This document shows, one piece after another, positions 23,872 through 35,853 of a stretch of DNA of 64,000 nt. Below the pieces are notes generated by a model. It ran no database searches and was not told the DNA's origin. It worked only from the letters and a program-made list of their open reading frames with translations. The DNA is from Cyanophora paradoxa CCMP329. Its lineage: Eukaryota > Plantae > Glaucophyta. The stretch covers positions 179,045 to 243,044 of the forward strand of contig QPMI01000143.1 in NCBI GenBank assembly GCA_004431415.1, read 5' to 3'. The position numbers were made by a program, and so were the translations under genes. Position 1 is the first letter of the stretch. Each line of letters opens with the position of its first letter.

Positions 23872-24278
23872 CGAAACTAGACGTCAACTCCCCCCCCCCC
23901 ACCCCCTCCCACCCCCGGAGGAGGCTATTCCCTGGGAGGCTCACGTCACGAGTCACGTGCACAAGACGTCCGCCGTATACGTACAGAAGGGATCCTAAAG
24001 CTACAAAGAAGGGACAGCTGCAGGAGGCTCTACGTATACATTGAGTTTACACCCAAGGGCTAGAAAAAGGCGGGTTATCTAGGTTTAAAAAAAAATAAAA
24101 AGGCGGGTTATCGATCAAAGGGTCGAAAAACTAGGTTATCTGCTGCCCGTAGCCAGCTGGGTACAGCTAACCCTCCGGGAATTAAGGCGGGCCACTGCGC
24201 CGCTCCGGCTTCCCTTAGCCGGAGATGTGCTGAGCAGGTCACGTCGCGGCTGCGGGGCTGGCCGAGGTGGAGGATCGC

Positions 24279-25066
24279 TCACAGGTGCTCGGCGGGGTCC
24301 ATCTCGCCGCAGTTGTGGCTGAACATGCACTCGCTGCAGCAGCGGAGGCCGCACTTCTTGCCGACCTTCTTCTCGTCGAGGGGATAGTCGACGCTGTCTT
24401 CCTCCGGACCAGGGATGATCTGTTTGCACTTCCTCGCCTTAACCGACTGCCGCGGCCGCGAGCCGCGTGGCGAACTTGTACTCACTTGTTGCAATCGCTC
24501 TCGCTACATTGTGCTACGCCGTACGACACATCATCCGCCTCCGAGCCGCAGCCCTCGTGGCGCGCCTTGCCATTGCCGTGCTCGAGGCAGATCGCGTTCT
24601 TGCAGCCCTCCGCGGAGCAGTGGACGAGCCAGCAGACTATTGGGGAGTAGAAAGAGCGTACTAGCCTGTTGTCGCGGAACTGGAGGCGGTACCGACGGCA
24701 GAGGCCGCGGAAGGAGCCCGAGAGTGGAGGCTTCGACTGCGCTCCCTGGTGCGTGCGTCAGGATGCAGCTGGCCCCGCAAGCGCGGTTCTTTAGGCGAGA
24801 ACGCAGCGCACCGGATCGTTCTCCAGCAGGCGCTTCTCTTCCGCGGGGTCTAGCGGCGCATTGTAGGCGTCCTCGACTAGTATATTGTAGTCGTCTTCGA
24901 GAGACCCGCTGGACTCTTGCCCACTAATACTGTTTTGATCACTTTCCGAAGTTGGCTGTGACGGCGACAGCGCCTGGGCGCCATGGCTCGGGCCTTCCGC
25001 GGCGTCGGATGCGTCCGACGGCGACGGCTCTGCGCGCTCAGGCGGCTCCTTGCGCTTGCCGGTCAT
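24279..25066 (-). CDS. Hypothetical protein with acidic N-terminus and Cys-rich C-terminus (spliced)
   Basis: MTGKRKEPP.. exon; HCSAEGCKNAICLEH..C exon ending at a GTGAGT donor; terminal KCGLRCCSECMFSHNC. Confidence 0.5.
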
Positions 25067-25478
25067 GCGAATAGAGCATGCGCATGACCAGCTGATGAGC
25101 GATCGCCTACCAGCACCTGATCGCCGAGCTAGCTGATGAGCGATCGCAGGTCGGGGATCGGCCGCTGATCAGGTCAGGGGGTCGAGGCCGTTAACGCAGC
25201 CGTACCCGCCCAGCGATCGACGGGTTCGACTCCGCACGACATGTATTCGGCCGTGCCACGGTGCATGAGGGCCAGAGCTCGTATATGTAATCTAAAAGCG
25301 CGCAACCGCCTTCCGGCTTAGCTAGATCGACTCCGTCGCAGGGGTTAGCGGGCCCAAGTTTAGCGTTAGCTGGCGAGCGGCGGACACCGCGGCCGCAGGG
25401 CACATTTGGGCACAGGGCACAGAGGCAGGCCTTAAGCTTCGACCAGGGTCGAAGCCAGCCGATCCTCCACGCCGCGCC

Positions 25479-26951
25479 ATGGCCAGGCCTAGGCGCCGCG
25501 CGCCGGCGCCGGCGCCGCGCCCGACCGCGCCCGCAGATCCGGCCGGCTTCCCGGGCGGCGCAGAAGAGGAGGTGGAGGAGCACAGGGTGCGGGGTCGGCC
25601 CCTCCTACGAACGCCCTTGACGCCCCGGGGCGCCCCGGCCCGAGGCCTCCACGGCGCCGCTGCAGCTCCTGCGCTCCTGCCCAAGACGCCGGGGCCGTGG
25701 CCCCCTCGAGCGGCCGCCCGTTAAACGCTCGGGGTACCGCCGCCGGGCGCGACTGCGGCCGCTCCAGTTTCGCCCTCATGACCCATTTCGCCCTCGCCGC
25801 CTTTCCCCCGCCCTCCCCTCAGCTGTTTTCTTGCCTTAGGATGCATTGGAGCCTCGGAGCGGCTGAACGGGCCGGAGGGTCGAGAGGACAGTGCGCACGG
25901 CCAGCGGTGCCCGCCCGCCCGCCCGTCCGCCCGCCCCAGACTCAGCTGACGTCATTCGTGCCGGCCGCCGGGCCGGCCTGCAGGCAGTGGGCTCTCCCGC
26001 AGGTGCCGCCCGTTCTTCGTGGGCCGGGTGGGGATCATGACGCAGCGCCGGGGGATGATGCTCCTCCGCTACATCGACGGCGAGGGGGGCGGCGCCGCCC
26101 CCGCCCGCTGGCTCAACCTCTCTGGAAGCCCGGCTTCTCGGTGCCTTCTCTCGGCCGTCGTTTTCTCGCTCGAGCCCCGCCCGCAGCTGCAGTTCGTGGC
26201 GCTGGAGCACGTGTACGGGGGGGCGCGCCTGGGCACGCAGCCCGCGAGCCGGCAGCACTCCTTTGCCTTCCTTCGCCGGAGGGCCTCCTCGAGGGGGCCA
26301 CCCGCGACCAGCAGGACTACTCCCGGTGCGGAGGTATCATGGGAGCTCCGCCTGGCTACGCGATAGGAACGACGCTTTGCAATTAAAGCGCCCCGGCGGA
26401 TCGTGACCGTGCGAGGCGGCGCTGGACGAGCTGCGCCTCGACAGCCTCCGCCGCGTGGTGCGCGAGTCCGCGAGGTGCGCCCCCCCCCCCCCTCTCCCAC
26501 CCCCCCCCTCTCCCCCCAGGGTGGAGTGCTATGGGTACTCGTTCGTGATGGATGACCTGTGGGACAACCTTGGCCGCGGCTGCAGGCGGTACCCCCTTAC
26601 CATCCCCTCCTCCCCTTCTCCCTCTGAACCCCCCCCTTCCCCAGGGTGACGGGCCTGGGGGCGTGCATCAAGCGCTCCGTCATCGCCGAGTTCGCCCTCC
26701 AGGCGCGCCCCGTACCCAACCCCCGCCCTGAATCCCCCCCTCGCTTCTCGCCTCCTTGGCTCCTCCCCGGGCGCCGCTTCGAGCGAAGCTCTCATTCCTC
26801 CCCCTCTCCCCTTCCCCCCTGGCTGGAGCGGGGGGCGCAAGGGGCTTTCATGCGGGCGCGGGTGGCCCCTTTCTTCGGCCGCTCGGTCGACGTCGTCCTC
26901 CGCGCCGTCTCCCAGTACGCCCGGACCCGCAACAGGCACTATACGACGTGA
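25479..26951 (+). CDS. Hypothetical protein (spliced; start uncertain)
   Basis: Coding-like exons (FFVGRVGIMTQRRGMMLLRYID, VECYGYSFVMDDLWDNLG, GAFMRARVAPFFGRSVDVVL) separated by C-rich introns. Confidence 0.45.
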
Positions 26952-27263
26952 TGAGAGCGAGAATCAAATTGAGGAAGCTCGTCATTAGGGCGGCCTCAGG
27001 GCCTTGTCGCTGCCCCCCGCCGCAGCTCGCCTCACGGTCGCCAGTTCGTGCACCACTGGGCGCACCCGCACGCCCATAGGCGCCCGCCCACCCCCACCCG
27101 CCCCCGGCGCCCCGCTCCTTCAAGTAGTTTCGAGCTTATCAAGCTGTATAGCTAAGCTTCCTCTACTAGCTTCTACATTCCTATAGCTCACTACAACGGT
27201 TCCTTGTATACATTACGTATACTTGGTGATTTGCAGCGGACGTTGGCCATTGGGTCGTAGTGT

Positions 27264-27520
27264 CCGGTAGCGATGCAGGGGCCTGGAGTCGGCGTTCGAC
27301 GGTCCAGCAGCAGCACAAGCACTAGTGCAGTTCTCAGAGTCTGCTGCGGGCACTCGATCGCTGCAGACTTTGGTAGATATATATCGATGCATCCAATTTC
27401 AAACCAGGGAGAGAGATTGATATTGACGCCTGGCCCTCTGGCCCGCGATGCATGCATGCGCACCGCCAGCGTCGACCCTCAAAGCTTGCCGTGCAAGTGC
27501 CCCCGGGGGCCCCCGCGCGG
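27264..27520. repeat. Dispersed degenerate repeat, copy B
   Basis: Colinear with 23632-23871. Confidence 0.85.
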
Positions 27521-27581
27521 CGCCGGAGTGCGAGCAGCTGCGGATTCGAGGCACAACTAGGCGCACTAGCACTAGAGCCGG

Positions 27582-30237
27582 CTATTCGTAGCTCGAGGGG
27601 GCCATGACGTCGTCGATCTTCAGGATCATCTTCACGACCTGCGAGGCGGGGCGAAGCTCAGAGGGGTACGAGACTGGCGGGGAGCTGAAGGGTAAGAATA
27701 AGGCGGACCTGGGTGGCCAGGATGAGCTGCTGGACCTTGCCGATGAGGGTCTCAAAGACGCTCTGGACCTTCATGTCTGCGGCGCGGGCGAAGGTAAGAG
27801 AGGAAGGAAAGGAGAGAGGGGAAGGGAAGGCACCGTTGGTGCCGACGCCGAGGCAGTCGATGCCGAGGAAGGCGTTCTTCTCGGAGATCTGGCGGGACTT
27901 GACGGCCGCGAGCGTCTCGATGGGCGAGAGGCCGCTGTTCTCGGCGAGGGCCACGGGGATCGCGTCCAGCGCGTCCGCAAAGGCCCGCATCGCGTACTGC
28001 TCCAGGCCCGGCACCTGAGCGGCGCCAGAGGATCAGGGGAGGAGAGGGGAGGGGAGAGGGGTGGGCGGCGTGCCTTGTCGGCGGCGGCGGAGACGGCGAG
28101 GGAGCAGGCGATCTCGGAGGAGCCGCCGCCGTAGACGACGCGGTTGTCGCGCACGAGGTTCCGCACGACGCAGAGCGCGTCGTGGATCGAGCGCTTCGCC
28201 TCCTCGATGATCTGCGCCCGCCCGCGTGAGCCCTCTCTTCTCCTCTGCCGGGCACGCTACGACTCCAGCGGCGTCGCGGCGCACCATCTTGTTGCCGCCG
28301 CGGATGAAGATGGTGACGGCCTTGGAGTTGGCGCACTGCTCAATGACCAGCATGCGGTCCTTCGTCGTGCCTGGAGGAGACGCGTCGGCTGGGGCGGGGC
28401 GGGGCGGGGCGGGGCGGGCGGGCGGGCAAGCGGACCGAAGGAGAGCTCGCGGACGACACCGGCCTTGCCGAGCTTCTCGGGGGAGAGCTCCTGGAAGCGC
28501 GGCACGATCCGCCCGCCCGTCGCGATCGCGATGAGCTGTCCGGGCGCTCAGCTCAGCGAGAAGAGGAGGAGAAGGCGGGCGGGCGGGCGGGCGGGCGGGC
28601 GGGCGGCACCTCGAGCTCGACGCCGCCGACCCAGCGGACGGCGGGGAGGCGGTTCTGCATGAGCAGGTGGTTCGCCTCGTCGTCGAAGCCCCACTGGCAG
28701 AGCACGAGGTTCGCGCCGGACTCCTTGACCTGCCCCGCGCTCGGATCCATCCCCGCGCTCACCAAGACGGAGGCGGGGATGCGGCGGCACCTTGGAGACC
28801 ATGTCGGTGAAGTAGTCCTGCTCCTGCTTGCGCAGCGCGTCGTACTTCTCAACGCTGTCGATGTCGACCTTGTGCTTGGTCTTCGGCTTCGGCGGCTCGA
28901 ACGGGCACGTCAGGATCGCCATCTTCGCGTCCTTGATCACCTTGTCCATCTGCGCGGGCGCCCGGCGCGCGTCACGTCGGCGGCCGGCGGGAGGGCGGGA
29001 ACCGCCGCGGGGCGCGCCGCGGCCGCACCTGCGGGTGGCTGATGTCCTTATCCAGGACGATGCCGTAAACGAGCTGCGTGTCCTCGAGCTTGCCGCCCAC
29101 CTGCGGTGGCGCCTCAGCCGGCGAGAAGGAAAGAAAAGGAGCTGGGGCGGCCGCCGACCTTGCCCTCGACCTTGATCAGGTCCAGGTTGACGTCCCGGCG
29201 CTCGAGGTCGGCAACGGCGAGCACTGCGTTCACGCAGATCTCGGCCATCTTGCGCTGGAAGCGGTTCACGCTGCGCCGGCGGAGGTCAGGAACGGAACTC
29301 CGCGGCGGGCGCGACGCCCGTGCGCGGCGCACATCTTCGAGCCGAGCGTGGTGTGCGCGGTGCGGATGAGGAACTCCGGGTTCGCGAGGTCGACGGCGAC
29401 GGTGTCCGCGACCTTCTTGAGGGTCTCCACCGCGATGCTGCGCGGCCGGTGGGCAATGAGCGGAGCGCGCGATTCGCGGTTTCGTCCAAGACGCACGCGC
29501 AAGCCTGCTCGTAGCCGTCGGAGACGCGAATCGGGTGGATGCCCCTATCTAGCAAAGATTCCGCTTGTTCTAACAAAGCTCCCGCCAGAACAACCACCTG
29601 CCGAGAATGCACGCGATCAGCAAGTGTCCCAACGAGTCGTCGACAGCGAGAGCCGCCTAAGCACGGGCAGGGCAAGCGCGGGACGCACTCCCGTTGTGCC
29701 GTCTCCGATCTCCGCGTCCTGGCTCTTTGATAGCTCGACGAGAAGCTTTGCTATTTGATTCTGGACCTCCATATTATCCAAAATAGTGGCGCCGTCGTTC
29801 GTGATGGTCACCTCGCCGTCCGGGCTAACCATCGCCTTGTCCATTCCTGGACGCGAAGAGGGCGTGAGCGGCGCGGCCGGTCACATACTCCGCGGCCTCA
29901 TAGGTCATCAGTACTCACCGCGCGGGCCCAACGACGTCCGCAGCGTGTTGGCGACGCTCCTGGCGGCCAGAATGTTCGCCTGTCGCGAGGACGCCCAGCT
30001 TAGCACGGGCGGTCGCAAGCAAGCGTACGGAATCCGGAGAGAGGCCGCGCTCGTTGTGCACCTTCTGTGCATCCAGGCCCTTGGCGCGCGACTGGGGAGC
30101 GCCCTCCCTGCGAGCGACGACGCCGGAACGGGGGCGCGTCCGTAAGCCGAGGCGAGCAACAAGGAGCTGGTGCGCCGGAGTTGGCCGCACCGGATGATGA
30201 TGAACGGCCTGCCGAACTCGTCGACAGCGAGCGCCAT
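27582..30237 (-). CDS. CCT5: T-complex protein 1 subunit epsilon (spliced)
   Basis: [81 protein letters not shown]. Confidence 0.97.
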
Positions 30238-30435
30238 GGTTCCTGAGGACCGAGCGTCAGCTGACGCATCGGCTTCCAATCACGGGCAAAGCAGCGGAGG
30301 GCTTTAGCCTGCCTTTTGAAGGACCCGGCCTTGCCGAAGTTTAGGCGCGAGGCTTGAGGGGTACAAGGCGAAACCGCTCACATCGAAAGGTAGCTTGAGC
30401 ACAGGCAGCGTGAGGGGCGAGGACGTGTATTCATA

Positions 30436-31502
30436 ATGGGCGTGCTCTTCAGCCGTCTCTGGACGGCGCTGTTCAAGAGCAACCAGCAGTTCAAGGTACG
30501 TCGCGTTCTGCCCAACGCACGCGCCCATCTCTGACGCGAAATCGAACGGCACATTGATCTGAGACAGATCGTCATCGTGGGCCTCAATGCAGCAGGAAAG
30601 ACCACGGTGCGCAGTCTCCTCCGACCTCAACCAGAGCTTTGTTTCTTTAGATATGGGGCAGCGGCGGGGGCTGTGTCTCACGTAGCGGGCTTCTTAGCTT
30701 ATTTCCGCTCCATGCGAGGCTTCTCGCGCGCGCGGGAGCCCCAAGCTCGCCGCAGCGCCTGCCCCGCTCATCGTCTCGGCAGATCCTGTACAAATGGCAC
30801 CTGGGAATGGGCTCGGATGCGGTGAAGACGACGCCGACGATCGGCAGCAACTGCGAGGTCGTCGCTCAAGCGCTCGAGTGGAGCGAGCGCCCCCTGACCG
30901 TGCGGCGGGGCGCAGAGCATCCAGTACAAGAACTTGACATTAGAAGCATGGGCGCGTCTTCTTCGCTTATATATGCGGTCGCGTCTTCGCTCATATCGAG
31001 TCGGGGCAGGACCTGGGGGGGCAGGACGCGTCGAGGCCGAGCTGGTCGACGTACTTCGCGGACACGAACGTGCGGGCCGCGCATGCGCGGCTCCCTCGCG
31101 CGCGCGCCTCGGACTCCAACCCGCGCCCGCAGGCGGTGATCCTTGTGATCGACAGCGCGGACCGGGAGCGGCTCTTCCTCGTGAAGGACGAGCTTAAGAA
31201 GATCCTGGCGCACGAGGCGCTGCGCACGAGCTGCCTGATGGTCATGGCGAACAAGCAGGACGTGAAGGGGTCGATGACGGCGGCGGAGATCAGCGACGCG
31301 CTGACCCTCCACTCGATCAAATCGCACACGTGGTCCATCCAGCCCTGCTGCGCGATCACCGGCGACGGCCTCATGCAGTCCCTCGACTGGCTCGCCGGCG
31401 CGCCGCCCCGCCCCCCTCCCCTGCCCCGCCCCGCCCCCGCGCCTCTCTCACGCCGCCGCGCGCGCAGAGCACATAAAACAGCAGAACCGCGCAGGATCGT
31501 AG
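30436..31502 (+). CDS. ARL5: ARF-like small GTPase, ARL5-type (spliced)
   Basis: MG myristoylation start, GLNAAGKTT, PTIGSNCE, WDLGGQ, ANKQD, SIKSHTWSIQPCCAITG. Confidence 0.9.
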
Positions 31503-31678
31503 CCGGAGCCGCCGCTGCATTCCGGTCCCATCCGTTCCTCTCCCGCCCCGCCCAGACCCGCCCCCGTCCTTCCCTTCTAGTGATCAGCCGCGCGGCTGAT
31601 GTGACCAGGCAGCTGTAGACGGCCTGATGACTAGTGCTAGTGCTAGTGGTAGCCATTCACCAGGACCTCTTTCGCCCG

Positions 31679-32995
31679 CTACTTCCTGGGCCGCTTTTCC
31701 TGCGCCTGCGCCTGCGCCTGGGCCTGGGCCTGGGCCTCCCTCTGCCGCCGCCGGAAGTGCTTGCCGGCGACGTAGTCGGCGAACCAGGCGTACGCCACGG
31801 TGCCGAGGACGGTGAAGGGGGCCAGCAGCGAGTCGATGACGGGGTGCGAGCGGCTGGAGACGCCCGTCATGGCCGAGGCGAGGAAGGAGACGCCGAGGTC
31901 CGGGCACGGCAGGTGGTACCGCCCCGCCTTCATCCCCCGCATCAGCGCCGCCGCCACCTGTACCCCGGGTTGAGCCCGAGGGGTGGGGTGGAGGATGTAG
32001 GGGGCTACGGGCCTTCTCAGGGGTGTACACGCTGCCCCCCGAGAGCTCCCAGACCTCCTTCGGCTTCGTCTTGTTCTCGTTCTCGAAGCCCGGCGTCTGC
32101 GTGTCGGGGGGGTACCCGATGCTCACCCGCACCCCGTGCGGCTGGCGGGGGGATCAGGGTGGGAGGGCGGGGATTGCCGGGGGTACGGCGCGCCTTGAGC
32201 TCATTGCGGAGGACGTCCGCGAGGCCGCGGAGGGCCCACTTGGCGGGCGCGTAGGCGCTGTACCCCACGAAGCCGATGAGCGCCATGGCGCTCGAGACGA
32301 TGACGACGTGGCCGGCACCGCGCCGCGCCATCCCCGGCGCCACGCAGCGGACGGCGTAGAGAGCCCCGAAGTAGTTCGTCTTCATCTGCGAGTCGAAGAC
32401 CTGCACGGCCGTCCCGAGTCGGCCGCGGACGGCCGCGGGGCGCGCGTGGAGCTGATGTCGAAGGCGGAGGCGGCGCACGGAGGCGTCCTGTTCGAGGAAG
32501 AAGCCCGGCAGGGAGGCGCCGGCGCAAGTGACGAGCACGTCGATGGGGCGCGCGGCCGCCTGCTCCGCCTCCTGCACCATCCTTTCGACCTGCGCGGGCG
32601 CGGTCGGCCAGGCGCCCGGCGCTCGGCTGCGGCCGGGCGCGCCTCCGCGTAGACGGTCACGTCCTTCGACAAGGCCGATATCCTCTGCACGTCGTCGCTG
32701 CGCGCCTTGTCCAGCCGCTCCAGCGCATCCGCCAGCTTCTTCTTGTCCCGCGCCACGATAGTCACGCTGGCCCCCTCCCGCACGAAGAGCTCCGCCAGCG
32801 CCAGCCCGATGCCAGAGGAGCCTCCTGTGATTAGCGCGTGCTGCGGGCGCAGCGTCGGCCGCGTAGGCGAGGCCGGGTGCTCGGCCGGACCTTGCCGCCG
32901 TACTTGTTGCGCGCTGCGCGTGTCCGCCTCCAGTAGACGAGCGCTCCGACAAGTGCCAGCGCGGTCGAGAGCGCTGGGATGAGCTCCGGGTCCAT
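31679..32995 (-). CDS. KDSR: 3-ketodihydrosphingosine reductase (SDR family; spliced)
   Basis: N-terminal TM, ITGGSSGIG, YSAYAPAKWALRGL, YPPDTQTPGFENENKTKP. Confidence 0.9.
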
Positions 32996-33169
32996 CCTGA
33001 CTTGCGCGGCAGTGGCCGCAGTGGCAGCAGTGCTTCTGGAGGGGTATCGGTGAGAGACGAGCAAAGGTCCCGCCACGAGCCGCAGCGGGCGCTCAGAGCG
33101 AAACAAAAACGCAAATCGCGTGCATTCGAATCGAGAACTCGCTATTCAACGTTGCGCGGAGCCGGGAGC

Positions 33170-34821
33170 ATGGACGACACGACGAAGGAGTTGACCGCGC
33201 TTCTCCTGAAACTGAAGAAGGCCGGCGATGAGGAAACAGGGGTCGGCGAAGTCTCTCGCGATGGCGTCGTTGCGCCGAGGCTCAGGGCGCCGCGCAGGAT
33301 CCGACGCGGGCGGTCGATCTGCTGCAGGAGGTTTGGAGCATGGACAAGTACATCACAGTGGAGACTCTGCGGGTGCGCGCTCGCCGAGGCTCGCATCGCG
33401 CGCGCTCCCGTGCCGCGCGTCGGTCGGCGAGCGCGGGCTTCGTATGCGCAGGCGTGCGACCTCTTGGCTGTCCTGAAGAAGCTTCGCAACCATTCCAACA
33501 GCAGCCTTTCGGAAATAGCCAACAGGATATACAACGCGCTCAAGACCCGGTTCACGGGGAAGTCTCCCACGAACGCGCCATCCGCGGGAAAACCGGCCTC
33601 ATCGCCGAAGGACTCGCCGCCCCCGGCCGCCCCGTCCCCAACGGCGAAGCAGGCGGGCGACAAGGCAGCCGGAGCCGCGGCGGCGGCGGCCGGCGGCGCG
33701 TCCTCGGCGGCGAAAGCGGCGGCGCCCACCGCCTCGACCGTAGCTAAGGCCGCGCCCGCCGCGGGCGGCTCCGACGGTTCGGCGCCCGGGCTCGGCGAGC
33801 CTGGAGCGGCTCGGCGCTGACTATGGCGGCCCGGGGCTGCGAGCAGGGGGCAACATCCCGCAGACGGGCGACAAGAGCCGGGACAAGTGCCGGAAGGACA
33901 TGGCGGACGCCCTCGCGCTCGTCGGCACGCCCGACAGGGCGGACCAAATACGCGTCGCCGTCGCCATCGAGTCGGGTGCGCATGCGCCGCGCCGCGCCGC
34001 GCCGCGCCGCTCCGTGCAGCCGCGCGAACGAGCCGCGCCGCGCAGCGATGTTCGCCGAGTACAAGGGGGTGAACAAGCAGTACACCACCAAGTACCGGAG
34101 CCTGCTCTTCAATCTCAAGGTGCGCGGAGCGGGGCGGCGCGGCGCGGCCCCGCGGCGTCGGGCGCGGCCCTTCGGCCTCGACCTCGGCCTCGGGCCGACG
34201 CCGACGGGGGCGGCAGGACGACAAGAACCCGGAGCTGCGGAAGAAGGTCCTGTACGGGGCCATCGAGCCGGCCAAGCTCATCAAGATGGAGCCCAAGGCG
34301 CGCCCGCCCCTCCCCCACCGCCGCCCCGCCCCGCCCCGCCCCGCCCCGCCGACCCGGCCCGGCCCCGCAGGAGCTCGCCTCGGACCAGATGCAGAAGACG
34401 CTCGACGAGATCGCGAAGAAGAAGCTGGAGGAGGTCAAGCCGGGTGCGGGCCGACGGGCCGGTCGGGGCAGCGGGGGCCATGCCGCTGACGGCGCCCGTC
34501 GGGGCAGACTGGGAGGCGAACAAGGCGACGACCGACCAGTTCAAGTGCGGCAAGTGCGGCAAGCGCGAGGTGCGGCCGGGCGCCCTTGCGCCGCCCCGCC
34601 GGCCCCGGCGCGCGCCGGCCCCTGACGAGAGAGGGGGCGACCCCGCCGGCAGACGACGTACTACCAGATGCAGACGCGCTCGGCCGACGAGTGCGCCCCC
34701 CGGCCCCTCCCCTCCCCTCAATTCGATCCAGAGCTGATTTCTCTTACTCATCCCGCGCCGCTGCAGGCCTATGACGACGTTCATCTCCTGCGTCAACTGC
34801 GGCAACAAGTGGAAGATGTAG
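33170..34821 (+). CDS. TFIIS: Transcription elongation factor TFIIS (spliced)
   Basis: [58 protein letters not shown]. Confidence 0.96.
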
Positions 34822-35853
34822 CCGGGGTACCGGTGGCGCCTCTGCGGCCGGAGCCTCGGAGCCGCTCCGGCTTGGCGCCCTGCCTCGCCTAGCCGCGGTC
34901 CTAAAGCTAGGGACCCTCGCCCCCGGGGGCCCAGCCCGCGCTCACTCGCGTATTTTTAAATGATTCTATTGATATCTATTGCGCATCCGGATCGGGGGCA
35001 GCCGGCAACGGGGTCGGGTCCGGGGAACAGGTACGGGGTACGGTATGTGGCGTGCCTACGGGCTACAAGGCAGAGGTTATAAGAAGTGCGGGGAGAGGAA
35101 AGGGGGGGCGGGGGCTCGGCGGCGGTTCAGGAGGTACCAGGGTATACGTATACGTAGGGGCGCGGTACCGGTCATGAGCTCGAGGTAGGAGCGGGGAAAG
35201 GGTGGGGAACGTTTAACTTCGGAATTCGAATTCGAATTCGCCGAGTCGAAGCTTAAGGGGCCCCCGGGGCACGCCGTGACGGGGAGGGGGGGAAATTTTA
35301 AAGACTCTGCAGCTGAGAGCGGGCGCCGGCCGGGCCGGGAGGGTTGGAGGGCGGTGACGTCCTGACCACGCGCGCATGCGCAGCTGCTGCGCATGCGGTG
35401 GCGAACCGCGCGGCGGGTTGACAGGCTGAGCGCTCGCGCGCGTTTTTTAGACGTTTCTGACCTACTTGATCAAAACGCTGGGCCGCGCAGCTGCCGGGAA
35501 ACGCAGGGGCGAGGTGACGCGGTCGTCGCCCGGGGTACGCTACTCGACAGTGTGCTCGACAGTTCCGAGCGCATGGTCAGGCTCAGAACAAGCTCAGCGC
35601 AGTTCTAACACCTTTTCGAGCGCGGCGGAAGCGGTCCCGCAGCCTCTGTGCGGATCGGCCTTGCGCCAGCGGCCTTAGACCCTCCAGCTGGCGAGGGTGT
35701 CGCTCTTGCTCTCGGGAGATGTGCGGACCAATCTGAGGCCGGCGCTCGGGTTCGTCTGCGCTTCTCGCCTTCGGGGGCGCGCCCCGCCGAGCGTTGACGA
35801 AGCAGCAGCCCGTTCAATGCCATCGTTAGCCTATCGGAGGGCCTAGGCCTAGC

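Noticed and set aside
25092-25147. Duplicated CTGATGAG suggesting a hammerhead ribozyme
   Set aside because: No GAAA core after stem II and no flanking stems.
25222-25233. GGTTCGACTCC B-box suggesting a tRNA or SINE
   Set aside because: No A-box, acceptor stem or cloverleaf could be built.
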